A DNA stretch of 64,000 nt from Candidatus Omnitrophota bacterium (GTDB lineage Bacteria > Omnitrophota > Gorgyraeia > 2-01-FULL-45-10): the NCBI GenBank assembly GCA_903843285.1, contig CAIMPC010000057.1:6456-70455 (forward strand), read 5' to 3'. Position numbers and translations under genes: made by a program. Below, in pieces: positions 52,020 to 60,953 of this stretch (positions are counted from its first letter, which is position 1; each line of letters opens with the position of its first letter). The notes below the pieces were generated by a model, which had not been told where the DNA came from, ran no database searches, and saw nothing but the letters and a program-made list of their open reading frames with translations.

Positions 52020-52171
52020 GATACCTGTCTTTCAATGCGTGATTCAATTTCACTCGACATCCATAAAAGGCCTAAGCTATTTTTATTCCGGAGTTTTCGT
52101 CTTTTTCCTTAGTACGCCGACTAATAATTTCTTAAAACTGTCCACCAAACCCTTGATTAGGCTTGCCATGC

Positions 52172-54349
52172 TTAAGCCTCCCTTTTCTTTATTATCTTCA
52201 CGGCTTCATCGAAGAATTTTTTCTTTATGGTAAAAGTTTTTAACTTCTCTTCGCTGATCTTGCCTTTTTCTTTTTCCAGAAAATCCCTCATCGAAAGGAT
52301 CGAAGCGCTCCTTACTACCGATTCTATATCCGCGCCGGTAAAATTATCCGCTTCAATCGCTAATTTTTTAAGATCAACGTCGCTGTCCAGAGGCTTTTCT
52401 TTTGTGTGTATTTTATAGATCTCCAGCCTTGTTTTCTCGTCGGGAAGAGGAAGCTCTAAAAGCAGATCGAATCTTCCCGGCCGCAATACTGCTTTGTCAA
52501 CAAGATCCACTCTATTGGTAGCCCCAAGGATAAGCACTCCTTTTAGCTCTTCTATTCCATCCATTTCGGTCAGGAACTGACTGATAACCCGTTCGGATAC
52601 ATGGGAAGCATCTCCGCCGCTTCTGAGAGGGACTATGGAATCCATCTCATCAAAAAATAATATGCAGGGCGATGCCTGTTTTGCTTTACGAAATATCTCG
52701 CGGATTCCTTTTTCGCTCTCGCCAACGTATTTAGACACCAGCTGAGGCCCTTTAATAGAGATGAAGTTAACCCCGCTCTCGCTGGCCACTGCCTTAGCCA
52801 ATAACGTCTTTCCCGTGCCCGGGGGGCCATAAAGCAGGATCCCTTTAGGCGGGTTAGTGTCGGCTTTCTTAAAAAGTTCGGCATATTTTAGCGGCCATTC
52901 CACGGTCTCCATCAGCCGCTTTTTTATATCTTCCAGGCCTCCTACGTCGCTCCATTTGACATCCGGCACCTCCACAAAAACCTCTCTGATCGCCGATGGC
53001 TCAATCTCTTTCATCGCTTCTAAAAAATTATTCATGCCCACTTCCAGCTTCATCAGTGTCTCGTAGGGGATCTCCGCCATTTCAAAATCTATCTTGGGCA
53101 GGATCTTTCTTAAGGCTGACATAGCCGCTTCCCGCGCCAAGGCCTCCAGATCCGCGCCTACGTATCCATGTGTAATCTCAGCCAGTTTCTCAATGCTTAC
53201 GTCTTCCGCTAACGGCATGCCCCGCGTGTGAATCTGGAGTATCTCCAATCTTCCGTTTTTATCGGGGATAGGAATGGACATTTCCCTGTCAAATCGGCCC
53301 GGACGCCTCAGAGCGGGGTCTATTAAGTTAGGTACGTTTGTCGCCGCCATAACAATAACCTGTCCTCTGGATTCCAATCCATCCATCAAAGACAGGAGCT
53401 GAGCTACCACTCTGCGCTCAACCTGTTTCTCCGCGCCCATATCCTCTCTTTTTGGAGCGATGGATTCAATTTCATCTATAAAGATTATTGCCGGGGCATG
53501 AGCCTTAGCGTCTTCAAATAGCGAGCGAAGCCGCTGTTCCGCCTCACCGTAAAATTTCCCCATGCACTCGGGTCCGCTCATACTGATAAAATATGCGTCG
53601 GTCTCATTGGCTACCGCGCGGGCGATTAATGTCTTTCCGCAACCCGGAGGCCCGTAAAAAAACACTCCCTTAGGCGGCTGGATTCCCAGCCTCTCAAATA
53701 CTTCAGGAAATCTTAATGGAAGTTCAACCATTTCTCTGATCCTTTGGATCTGAGTGCCCAGCCCGCCAATATCTTCGTAGGAAATTTTGGCATGTTTACC
53801 TTCCGCCGCTTCTTTATCGTCCGATGCTCTCCCTTTCGTCTCCATCCTTATCAGAGTAGAAGAACCTATTATAACTACTCCGCCGGGGATGGTATCCTCT
53901 ACTTTAAAATCGCACGCCTTGGTCCCGAAGAGAGTAGCCCTGATTTTATCGCCTTTCATAACCGGCAGTCCTGCGACAAGTGACCCGATATACTTAGTAT
54001 CTTGATCTCCCCGCAGCGCAGTGGATGCTGTCAGAGAAGAGAGCGTAATCTTATTGGCAGGCTTAGAATCAACCTTGCGGATCTTCACCTTATCATCCAA
54101 TCCGATATCCGCGTTATCCCTGGCTATCCCATCTATCTGAATGATCTTTTTCCCTCGCTCATCAGCATAACAGGGCATCAGTTTCGCCGCGGTCTTCCTC
54201 TTCCCTTCAATCTCAACGATCTCCCCGACTTCCAGCCCTAAGATTTTTAAATCCTCCGGGTCGATCCGGGCGATTACCCTGCCGACATCTTTTGGCAGAG
54301 CTTCTTTTACTTTCAGAGTCAAGCCCTTATCGTCTTTTTTCGTCGTCAT
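52172..54349 (-). CDS. CDC48/VCP-like AAA+ ATPase (N domain plus two AAA+ modules) embedded in the gvp cluster.
   Basis: Two Walker A motifs GPPGCGKTL and GPPGTGKTL. Walker B DEID/DEMD. SRH regions. An N-terminal double-psi-barrel-like segment. Confidence 0.85.
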   Translation of the reverse strand: MTTKKDDKGLTLKVKEALPKDVGRVIARIDPEDLKILGLEVGEIVEIEGKRKTAAKLMPCYADERGKKIIQIDGIARDNADIGLDDKVKIRKVDSKPANKITLSSLTASTALRGDQDTKYIGSLVAGLPVMKGDKIRATLFGTKACDFKVEDTIPGGVVIIGSSTLIRMETKGRASDDKEAAEGKHAKISYEDIGGLGTQIQRIREMVELPLRFPEVFERLGIQPPKGVFFYGPPGCGKTLIARAVANETDAYFISMSGPECMGKFYGEAEQRLRSLFEDAKAHAPAIIFIDEIESIAPKREDMGAEKQVERRVVAQLLSLMDGLESRGQVIVMAATNVPNLIDPALRRPGRFDREMSIPIPDKNGRLEILQIHTRGMPLAEDVSIEKLAEITHGYVGADLEALAREAAMSALRKILPKIDFEMAEIPYETLMKLEVGMNNFLEAMKEIEPSAIREVFVEVPDVKWSDVGGLEDIKKRLMETVEWPLKYAELFKKADTNPPKGILLYGPPGTGKTLLAKAVASESGVNFISIKGPQLVSKYVGESEKGIREIFRKAKQASPCILFFDEMDSIVPLRSGGDASHVSERVISQFLTEMDGIEELKGVLILGATNRVDLVDKAVLRPGRFDLLLELPLPDEKTRLEIYKIHTKEKPLDSDVDLKKLAIEADNFTGADIESVVRSASILSMRDFLEKEKGKISEEKLKTFTIKKKFFDEAVKIIKKREA

Positions 54350-55284
54350 TGGAATAACCTCCCGGTATATTTATCTAACGCCTCAATGCCTCTAATCTCA
54401 CTGGCTTGTAATGGCAAAATAGTAGTCTTTAAACCGCTAAATTTTCTTCGTATCTGTTTTATATGTTCTTCCTGGGCATCACTTCTTTCCCGGCAAAACT
54501 GACAATCTCTCGACTCTAAACAATTATTCACCAATAACTGTTTTACTCTTATGCCATACCCGTTTAAATCATTTACCAATCTCTCTGTTTCTAAAATTGC
54601 CATATCTTCAGGGATAGTAACTGCCACAAACTCACATCTTTTCCGATCCTTAAGCAGGTCCTCTATCTTTTTCACTGTCTTCTTCATCTCCATCAGAAAA
54701 TCATCGCCTTCGTCAGGATTATACTTGCCGGAAAAACTTTCTACCATGTATCTGTATTTCCATCGCATCTTCGCTAAAACCTTGATCCACTCATCCAAAA
54801 GCTGCGGCAGAGTCAAAAGTCTTAATGCGTGGCCTGTAGGCGCCGTATCCACAATATATTTATCAAATTTTGCCTCATCTATTAAATCTACAATGGTCTT
54901 AAAACCCATAACCTCATCTATGCCAGGGATAGGTAAAGCGAACATAGAATCAACATCTTCCTGGTCTAGATAAGTAGAGGTGTCAAAAATCTTTTTTATT
55001 TGACCCTCGTATTTTATCTTAAATTGTGAAAGAGCTTTTTTTGCGTTTACTTCCAGGGCGCTTAAATTTTTTACCCCTTTTATTTCTCTTATCTCATCTC
55101 CTACTCTTTGGCCTAAGCTATCTGAAACTGAATGCGCCGGATCGGTGGAGATAACTAATGTCTTAAAACCGTTCTTAGCCAAATAAAGACCCGCGCTCGA
55201 GGCGCAGGTCGTCTTTCCCACTCCGCCCTTTCCGCCAAATAATATTAATTTCAACGCGGCTTCTTTTAATCCTGTTAATGCCAT
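54346..55284 (-). CDS. ArsA/Get3-family P-loop ATPase.
   Basis: Deviant Walker [11 protein letters not shown]. ArsA signature [13 protein letters not shown]-terminal CxxC ([10 protein letters not shown]). Confidence 0.8.
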   Translation of the reverse strand: MALTGLKEAALKLILFGGKGGVGKTTCASSAGLYLAKNGFKTLVISTDPAHSVSDSLGQRVGDEIREIKGVKNLSALEVNAKKALSQFKIKYEGQIKKIFDTSTYLDQEDVDSMFALPIPGIDEVMGFKTIVDLIDEAKFDKYIVDTAPTGHALRLLTLPQLLDEWIKVLAKMRWKYRYMVESFSGKYNPDEGDDFLMEMKKTVKKIEDLLKDRKRCEFVAVTIPEDMAILETERLVNDLNGYGIRVKQLLVNNCLESRDCQFCRERSDAQEEHIKQIRRKFSGLKTTILPLQASEIRGIEALDKYTGRLFQ

Positions 55285-55287
55285 CCA

Positions 55288-55857
55288 CTACTTCTTTATC
55301 TTGATCTCTAGCATACCATTGGTATAGGCTGAAGTCATGTTTTCCGTTTTTAACTTCATGGGGAGCAATACCTCTTTATGGTATTTTCTATCGCCGCTGT
55401 GGGCGGATATATCCAGGATGTCTTCTTTTAAATCTAATTTTATATCCTCCTGACTTACCCCCGGCATCTCAGCGTAGATCTTAACATCTTCTTTTTCATC
55501 AAAGAGATCGGTAATAGGCTCTCTCTCCTCATCAATTTTAGGGCCTTTAGGGGTCTTCTTTATGTTGCCGAACGGCTCTACAATGGGCTTGCCGCCTACC
55601 GCGCTCTTTACAGAAAAACCAAACACGCCTTTCATCCCTTTTTTAAGATGACTTAGATCTATTTCGCCTTCTTGTTTGATTTCACCACCCGATTCTTTTA
55701 GCTTTGTAGCGAAGTCGACCAGTTTCTCTATGCCGCTAAATAGCCCTCCTAAACCTATTTTACCCATGCCAAAATCAATATCTAGACCCTCTTTTTTCTT
55801 CTCTCCATCACCATTCGGGCCTCTATTCGATTGTTTCTTATATTTCTCCATTTTCAT
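55288..55857 (-). CDS. Hsp20/alpha-crystallin-domain small heat-shock protein (GvpH-like position in the cluster).
   Basis: ACD C-terminus ...KYHKEVLLPMKLKTENMTSAYTNGMLEIKIKK (A-x-x-x-NG-x-L-x-I). Gly-rich N-terminus. Confidence 0.7.
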   Translation of the reverse strand: MKMEKYKKQSNRGPNGDGEKKKEGLDIDFGMGKIGLGGLFSGIEKLVDFATKLKESGGEIKQEGEIDLSHLKKGMKGVFGFSVKSAVGGKPIVEPFGNIKKTPKGPKIDEEREPITDLFDEKEDVKIYAEMPGVSQEDIKLDLKEDILDISAHSGDRKYHKEVLLPMKLKTENMTSAYTNGMLEIKIKK

Positions 55858-55877
55858 TCCCCCCTTTTATTATACGC

Positions 55878-56258
55878 TTATTTCTTTGGTACAACGCCCT
55901 TCCCTCTACAGGTCAAGCAGGGGAGGTCCGATCCCTTTTCTCTACCTCTGCATTTACATGTCAAACAGGGTTCGGTATCTTCACTGTTTACACTTATCAC
56001 GCCTTTTCCTTTGCAGACAATACACGCAAGAGCCCTATTCGAGAGCGAACGACCTTCCCCGTTGCAATAAGCGCAAATAACCGCCGGCGATGAAACCCTT
56101 ACATTTCCGGCGCCTGAACAGGCAGAACATTGTGTGCTTTTTTTAGAGGGTATAAGCCCCATCCCTTTACAAAATGCACATCTATAGCTCGTCCTATAAA
56201 GAACTTCTCCTCTTTGACCTACTTTCTGGCTTTTCCAATCAAATGTCTTCCAAATCAT
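55878..56258 (-). CDS. DnaJ-type CxxCxGxG zinc-finger (CR-domain-like) protein.
   Basis: At least five CxxC units: CAFCKGMG, CSACSGAG, CAYCNGEG, CIVCKGKG, CLTCKCRG and CLTCRGKG. Confidence 0.65.
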   Translation of the reverse strand: MIWKTFDWKSQKVGQRGEVLYRTSYRCAFCKGMGLIPSKKSTQCSACSGAGNVRVSSPAVICAYCNGEGRSLSNRALACIVCKGKGVISVNSEDTEPCLTCKCRGREKGSDLPCLTCRGKGVVPKK

Positions 56259-56271
56259 TAAAAAATACCCA

Positions 56272-56577
56272 TCAGTACTGCACAGATAGTTTTTTCATGG
56301 GTTTTGAGGGGACTCTTTTACAAGTCTTGACAGTCTGATCCTCACGCACTTCAAATTGCAATTTTTCAATCCGCCTGCATACGGAATATAAAAGTTTTTG
56401 TGCGGTGGTAATCCTTTTGTTCAATACATAGATCTCTTTCTCGAGCCTATCCTTTTCTCTCCCGCTCACATACAATTCCAGGTAAGCGGATCTTTGCGCT
56501 TTGGGCACAGAACTGCCCCCTATAGAATGTATGCTCTTAATATCCCTAACGCTTATTACCCGCTGTATCCCTTTCAT
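56272..56577 (-). CDS. Hypothetical coiled-coil protein (101 aa) in the gvp cluster.
   Basis: Tight spacing between gvpN and the Zn-finger gene. No recognised motif. Confidence 0.45.
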   Translation of the reverse strand: MKGIQRVISVRDIKSIHSIGGSSVPKAQRSAYLELYVSGREKDRLEKEIYVLNKRITTAQKLLYSVCRRIEKLQFEVREDQTVKTCKRVPSKPMKKLSVQY

Positions 56578-56610
56578 ACGGCCTATCTCCCTTCATATCC
56601 GGGAATCTCT

Positions 56611-57678
56611 TTAAACAGCAACAGCTTCTTTTTTTAACTTCTTACTTGCGCCTACAGTCTTTTTGCCGGCGCGTATAGTCTTCTTATTAACTCTACCGGT
56701 TTCTCCATCAGATCCGGAGGCCTTTTTGGCAATACTGATAGTTTTGCCGGAGCTGACTTCTTTTTTAACTAGCTCTTTCACTATCTCTTTCACCCTATCC
56801 TGATTAGTCTTTGAACCGACTCTGCTTGTCTCAGAAGCCAATATGTCCTGACACATCTGCGTAAAAGCCCCATCGGAGCTTTTTATAGGGGTAACGCCCT
56901 GAACTTTAAGGGTCTTGGCGATCATAATACAGCCGCGGACGGTGGGAGCAAATTCACATTTTCCTGACTCTCTTAAACCCCTCACAATATTGACGATCGC
57001 CCCGGAGTGTTGCCTCGAAAGCTTGGACTTTGCCTGAGTGATAGCCACCTCTGTCTCATAGTCAAAGTAGTCCAGGTCCATGGTGATCATTCTGTCCCTT
57101 AATGCGTCCTGGCTCCTGTGAACGCCGGCATACTCTTCGGGATTAGATGTAAATATAGCGTTAAAGTTCGGATCAACCTTTAAATAAGGCTCTTCTCCGC
57201 CTCTGCCCACAGGCAAATCCATCATCTTCTCCTGTAGGATAGAAAGAAGTATGTTATTCGCCTCAGGCCGGGAACGGGTGAACTCATCATAAATCAATGT
57301 GAATCCGTACTTACAAGCGACGGTCAGTCGATTATCCACCCAGTGCTTTACCATATCTTCTTCAGTCTTTAAGACCCTGGAGATAAACCGGTCCACAACC
57401 TTCTTTATCCTGTAACCGTATTCGCCTCCCACCAGATCGGAGGTGGTGAACTCTTCGTCTCCGTGGATCATAACCACAGGCCTTCCGAGCTTACTTGCTA
57501 TATGCATAGCCAGTGTTGTTTTACCGGAGCCGGATATCCCTCTAAAATGGACAGGGAAACCCGCCTTTATATAGGCAAGTGCCCTGACTGTGATATCCTT
57601 TATATAGCCAGTATCCACGAAGTCCGGTAAAGGACTGGGGTCTAATACTGTGGTCATTTCATCAATCATTTTTTTCAT
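56611..57678 (-). CDS. gvpN: Gas vesicle AAA+ ATPase GvpN (CbbQ/NirQ/GvpN family) with a Lys-rich C-terminal tail.
   Basis: GISGSGKTTLAMHIASKLGRPVVMIHGDEEF.... Walker B LIYDEF. C-terminal KKTIRAGKKTVGASKKLKKEA. Confidence 0.85.
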   Translation of the reverse strand: MKKMIDEMTTVLDPSPLPDFVDTGYIKDITVRALAYIKAGFPVHFRGISGSGKTTLAMHIASKLGRPVVMIHGDEEFTTSDLVGGEYGYRIKKVVDRFISRVLKTEEDMVKHWVDNRLTVACKYGFTLIYDEFTRSRPEANNILLSILQEKMMDLPVGRGGEEPYLKVDPNFNAIFTSNPEEYAGVHRSQDALRDRMITMDLDYFDYETEVAITQAKSKLSRQHSGAIVNIVRGLRESGKCEFAPTVRGCIMIAKTLKVQGVTPIKSSDGAFTQMCQDILASETSRVGSKTNQDRVKEIVKELVKKEVSSGKTISIAKKASGSDGETGRVNKKTIRAGKKTVGASKKLKKEAVAV

Positions 57679-58009
57679 CCCTCTTCCTGGATGTTAATGT
57701 TTTATTCATTGCACTCCAGAGCCTATTTGCTTCAACTAAATCGGCACGGATACCCTTTTCCTTCTTCCTGAAATCATCCCTTAAAGAAGAGACCTTTTTG
57801 ATCAGTTCAATTCTATCTTCGCAAAGTCCCGTCTTTAAGGATTTGGTCATCTCCTTATGAACTTTTCTACAGTGGTCCACAAACTTCCTGGCATTGTCCC
57901 TAATGGTTTCTGCCTGCTGCCTTAAATCCTCCATACTTTTCTTTCTATCCTCACGAGCCGTGGTAATGTTGTCACAAAGAGACTTCATACCACTCGATAT
58001 ATTGCTCAT
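57662..58009 (-). CDS. Small coiled-coil protein (115 aa) sharing an N-terminal motif with the two GvpC-like proteins upstream.
   Basis: The N-terminal MKSLCDNITTAREDRKKSMEDLRQQAETIRDNARKFV motif parallels the MKSITENIISSYDARVKGLTDL...ILGNARSAVKGF motif of 58025..58804. Confidence 0.5.
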   Translation of the reverse strand: MSNISSGMKSLCDNITTAREDRKKSMEDLRQQAETIRDNARKFVDHCRKVHKEMTKSLKTGLCEDRIELIKKVSSLRDDFRKKEKGIRADLVEANRLWSAMNKTLTSRKRDEKND

Positions 58010-58024
58010 ACTTGATCTCCTTTA

Positions 58025-58804
58025 CTAGCTCTTTTTTCTTCCTTTTTTCTTTCCGGCCTTTTTCTTGCTCTTCTTCTCGATGGTCTTCTCAACTGAAACT
58101 ATCTCGTCTCCGGCCTCGATTTTAGGCATTACCCCTGTCCCTCTGGATTTGGCCAGACTGGAAGACATACCCTGCCATGCCGATTTTGCCTTTGCTATAT
58201 CCGAGCCATACTCACCCATGAGTTTACGCGTATCACCCAAAAGTTTTCTGACATCGCCGGATATATTACCGACATATTTTGCCAGGCTGCTTCTTAAGGC
58301 ATCTGACATCTCGTTATGAGCCTCGTCAAATTCCTTCAGTTTCTTTTGAGTATAACCTTCTATATCCTTTACCGATTTAGCAAGAGCTGACCTCGTATCC
58401 TCCAACATCTTCTTCTGATCAGCCGACATCTTTTCCCGATCCGCATGTATGACCTTTAACTTCGCGGCAGTGTCCTTTAACTGTGAGGCCACATCTTTCG
58501 CTATGGCCTTAACAAAAGCTGCCAAGTTTGCGGCCTGCTTTTCACTCATCTCTTCATGGTTCGCCTGAAACCCTTTGAGCATGGAGCCCACATTCTTTTC
58601 CAGATCATTGACAAAACCCGCGAGGTTGCCCGCCAGTTCACCGGCCATCTTCTTCCTGTCCTGGGCAAAACCTTTTACTGCCGATCGGGCATTTCCTAAT
58701 ATACTATTCGTATCGGCTGTTAAATCAGTTAATCCTTTCACCCGCGCATCATAAGACGAGATAATGTTCTCGGTGATGCTTTTCATGCTATCAGCTATTC
58801 CCAT
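58025..58804 (-). CDS. GvpC-like repeat protein (about 33-aa F-x3-H-x2-M-S...V repeats) with a poly-Lys C-terminal tail.
   Basis: Units include KGFQANHEEMSEKQAANLAAFVKAIAKDV, KVIHADREKMSADQKKMLEDTRSALAKSV and KEFDEAHNEMSDALRSSLAKYVGNISGDV. Tail is KKSKKKAGKKKGRKKS. Located directly downstream of gvpA. Confidence 0.55.
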   Translation of the reverse strand: MGIADSMKSITENIISSYDARVKGLTDLTADTNSILGNARSAVKGFAQDRKKMAGELAGNLAGFVNDLEKNVGSMLKGFQANHEEMSEKQAANLAAFVKAIAKDVASQLKDTAAKLKVIHADREKMSADQKKMLEDTRSALAKSVKDIEGYTQKKLKEFDEAHNEMSDALRSSLAKYVGNISGDVRKLLGDTRKLMGEYGSDIAKAKSAWQGMSSSLAKSRGTGVMPKIEAGDEIVSVEKTIEKKSKKKAGKKKGRKKS

Positions 58805-58876
58805 TTTGATACCCTCCTTTTTTATCCTTCGACGCGCTTCGCTTTCTCAGGATTAATCCTGAGTTTGTCGAAGGGT

Positions 58877-59662
58877 TTAGCTCACCTGGTTATTTTGTTT
58901 TTTATCGATCTTCGCTTCATCTATATCAATTGTCTTTGGCGAAAAGGCAAGTTTTTGTCTCTGCTTTCCAAAATCCTGGAGCATTTTGGCAACCTCTTCC
59001 TTCCTTTTCTTCTGCAAGCTTATTCTTTCCACGCGTTGGGACTTAATCTTACTGATCATTAATCTAAAGTCCTTTATCCGAAGATTTTCGCCCTTTGCTA
59101 CAAGATCTGTAAGTTGACGAGGTATCTCTTTTTGTTCGCCCTGAAACTCTCTTAATCTGGAAACAATCTCACTCTTTTGCTTTTCCTGTTTGGTGAAAAT
59201 GGTTTTTAGCGCTGACTGCACATGTCTGATTTTTTCTATTTCTCCCCTGGCAATGGCCTCCTTACATTCTCTCAGAGCTTCCTTTAATACTATAGCGACA
59301 CTCCTCTCCTCGGTAAAATATTCCCTTATTAAGTCTTTCACCTCTTCGGCGCATTCTTCCTGGAATGACAGCACGCTAGCCATTATCTTATCGTAATCCT
59401 TCTTCCTCAGGCTGTCATTTTTGGCGAGAAGATCCCTGAGCTGGCTATTAATCTTCTCCTTTTCCGGATTGTTGCCAAGAAGGGACTCCGGAAGGCAATC
59501 AATTAGTGATTGGGAAACCTCAAATACAGAGCTAAGATTCTCTATTCTGGTTTCATAGGAAGCGAGGATATTCTCTACTGTTTCTTTTGTTCCTTTCAGA
59601 TCTGTCACTTCCTGCATAGCTTTATCCACTCCTCTCTTAGAAGGAACTCCTTGGCTAACCAT
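58877..59662 (-). CDS. Coiled-coil protein, third member of the GvpC-like/N-motif family, immediately downstream of gvpA.
   Basis: VENILASYETRIENLSSV motif. The start is set at the ATG at 59662 with an AGGAG Shine-Dalgarno 6 nt upstream. The longer ORF to 59701 begins with TTG. Confidence 0.5.
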   Translation of the reverse strand: MVSQGVPSKRGVDKAMQEVTDLKGTKETVENILASYETRIENLSSVFEVSQSLIDCLPESLLGNNPEKEKINSQLRDLLAKNDSLRKKDYDKIMASVLSFQEECAEEVKDLIREYFTEERSVAIVLKEALRECKEAIARGEIEKIRHVQSALKTIFTKQEKQKSEIVSRLREFQGEQKEIPRQLTDLVAKGENLRIKDFRLMISKIKSQRVERISLQKKRKEEVAKMLQDFGKQRQKLAFSPKTIDIDEAKIDKKQNNQVS

Positions 59663-59724
59663 GCTTTCTCCTGTTTTTACAGGATGAGGATGGCCGGGCA
59701 AGAACCCCTCTTCAACCTTATCCT

Positions 59725-59940
59725 TTAGGCTGCTGTTGCTGTTAAACCAATAGCCTCAGCATACTTCAGATAAGTCTCGACTGACGCCACTACAACTCTG
59801 GCTTCAACCGCGAGGATCTCTATACCAACTAGAGACACCCTTACCCAAGCATCAACCACCACGCCCTTATCCAGTATACGGTCAATAACTTCGACCAAGC
59901 TGGACGAACCAATCGTTTTCTCGACTGCCATGTGAATCAC
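59725..59940 (-). CDS. gvpA: Major gas vesicle structural protein GvpA.
   Basis: [54 protein letters not shown] is the canonical GvpA sequence. GGAGG Shine-Dalgarno upstream. Confidence 0.95.
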   Translation of the reverse strand: MIHMAVEKTIGSSSLVEVIDRILDKGVVVDAWVRVSLVGIEILAVEARVVVASVETYLKYAEAIGLTATAA

Positions 59941-60034
59941 CCCCCTCCTTCTACAGAATATGCCACTTTTTTACTGGTGAGGAGCGGCCAACCTCCAAAC
60001 CTCCAAACATCCAAAAACTGCTTCTTAAACGTCC

Positions 60035-60226
60035 TTATGTGTCATTAACCCTATCGAGCCAGCTGGACCAACTGGACTTGTTTCTGCTGTCATCCAAAGC
60101 CGCACCGTTTCTTTGCGAATTATGGCTTTGATATAGCTCGAAATTATTCGTGTCATAGTCTTTGCGGCGACTTGCCGCTTTTTTTAATTCACTTCCTTGT
60201 GATCGCTTCAAATTTATTATATGCAT
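60035..60226 (-). CDS. Small hypothetical leader ORF (about 63 aa) between the sigma-54 promoter and gvpA.
   Basis: ATG at 60226 with a GAGGTG Shine-Dalgarno 8 nt upstream. Polar, low-complexity product. Could be non-coding leader instead. Confidence 0.3.
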   Translation of the reverse strand: MHIINLKRSQGSELKKAASRRKDYDTNNFELYQSHNSQRNGAALDDSRNKSSWSSWLDRVNDT

Positions 60227-60275
60227 ACTAAACACCTCTGTTGCCCTTGGACTCCCGACTACATCTTATATACAT

Positions 60276-60291
60276 AGCAACAAGTGTGCCA
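60276..60291 (-). promoter_or_regulatory. Sigma-54 (RpoN) -24/-12 promoter, TGGCAC-N5-TTGCT, oriented toward gvpA.
   Basis: Minus-strand sequence is TATGGCACACTTGTTGCTATG, with the GG and GC dinucleotides at the canonical 10-nt spacing. rpoN and an NtrC-family activator are encoded in the same window. Confidence 0.6.
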
Positions 60292-60303
60292 TACGTGCAT
60301 CAA

Positions 60304-60445
60304 GGGACTGTTGCGAAATGCAACTTCCGTCATTCTGAGAGAGGCCATCGGCCGACCGAAGAATCTGTTTACCTTCGAGATTCTTCACTTCGCCCTTCGG
60401 GACTCGTTCAGAATGACGCGGAATTTGGCATTTCGCAACAGTTCC
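60304..60445. repeat. Hairpin repeat element copy 7 (full length, both terminal inverted repeats), immediately upstream of the sigma-54 promoter.
   Basis: GGGACTGTTGCGAAATGCAACTTCCGTCATTCTGAGAGAGGCCATCGGCCGACCGAAGAATC...GATTCTTCACTTCGCCCTTCGGGACTCGTTCAGAATGACGCGGAATTTGGCATTTCGCAACAGTTCC. Confidence 0.65.
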
Positions 60446-60601
60446 ATACAAGTAGAGCTATAGTCCAAGCTACTAGAAATATGTAGGAATATTTCAACAC
60501 TTTTGTGGGAATTTGCTTACGATTTTTAATATGCTGCGGGGTTCCCGCGTTTATTCGGATCTGTCAGGACAATTAATCGCTTCAGATGTGAATCTAATCG
60601 G

Positions 60602-60934
60602 CTACCACGTATCGCTCTCCAGGAAATATTCGGGGTCTGTCAGTATTGGCTTGTACTGGTCCGGAAACGGTATGGGGAAAGTAACGATCTCATATACACC
60701 CACCACCGCGCGGAATACTATCATAACGGCTCCCACAATCGGCCCGTATGTTACCGCGCCGACGGCACCGCTGTTCTCGTTGGCCTTCTTTACCTGCGAT
60801 ACACCCTCCCCCCAGCACGTTAATACGTTAGCGGCTCCCCGCCCTAATTTGATAAGAGGCGTGTCGCAATATCCGGCCCCTGACACGCATGACAAAAATA
60901 CCGCTATCATTATCACAGAAATGAATCTCTTCAT
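60602..60934 (-). CDS. Small secreted protein resembling the exosortase-system-associated TIGR04073 family.
   Basis: Signal peptide MKRFISVIMIAVFLSCVSGAG. LGRGAANVLTCWGEGVSQV and VVGVYEIVTFPIPFP motifs recalled from that family. Confidence 0.4.
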   Translation of the reverse strand: MKRFISVIMIAVFLSCVSGAGYCDTPLIKLGRGAANVLTCWGEGVSQVKKANENSGAVGAVTYGPIVGAVMIVFRAVVGVYEIVTFPIPFPDQYKPILTDPEYFLESDTW

Positions 60935-60953
60935 GCTATAGTATCCTCCCGGG

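Noticed and set aside
59945-59980. Sigma-54-like TGGCAT-N5-GTAGA immediately upstream of gvpA.
   Set aside because: The -12 element (GTAGA) does not match TTGCW. The strong match is the one at 60276-60291.
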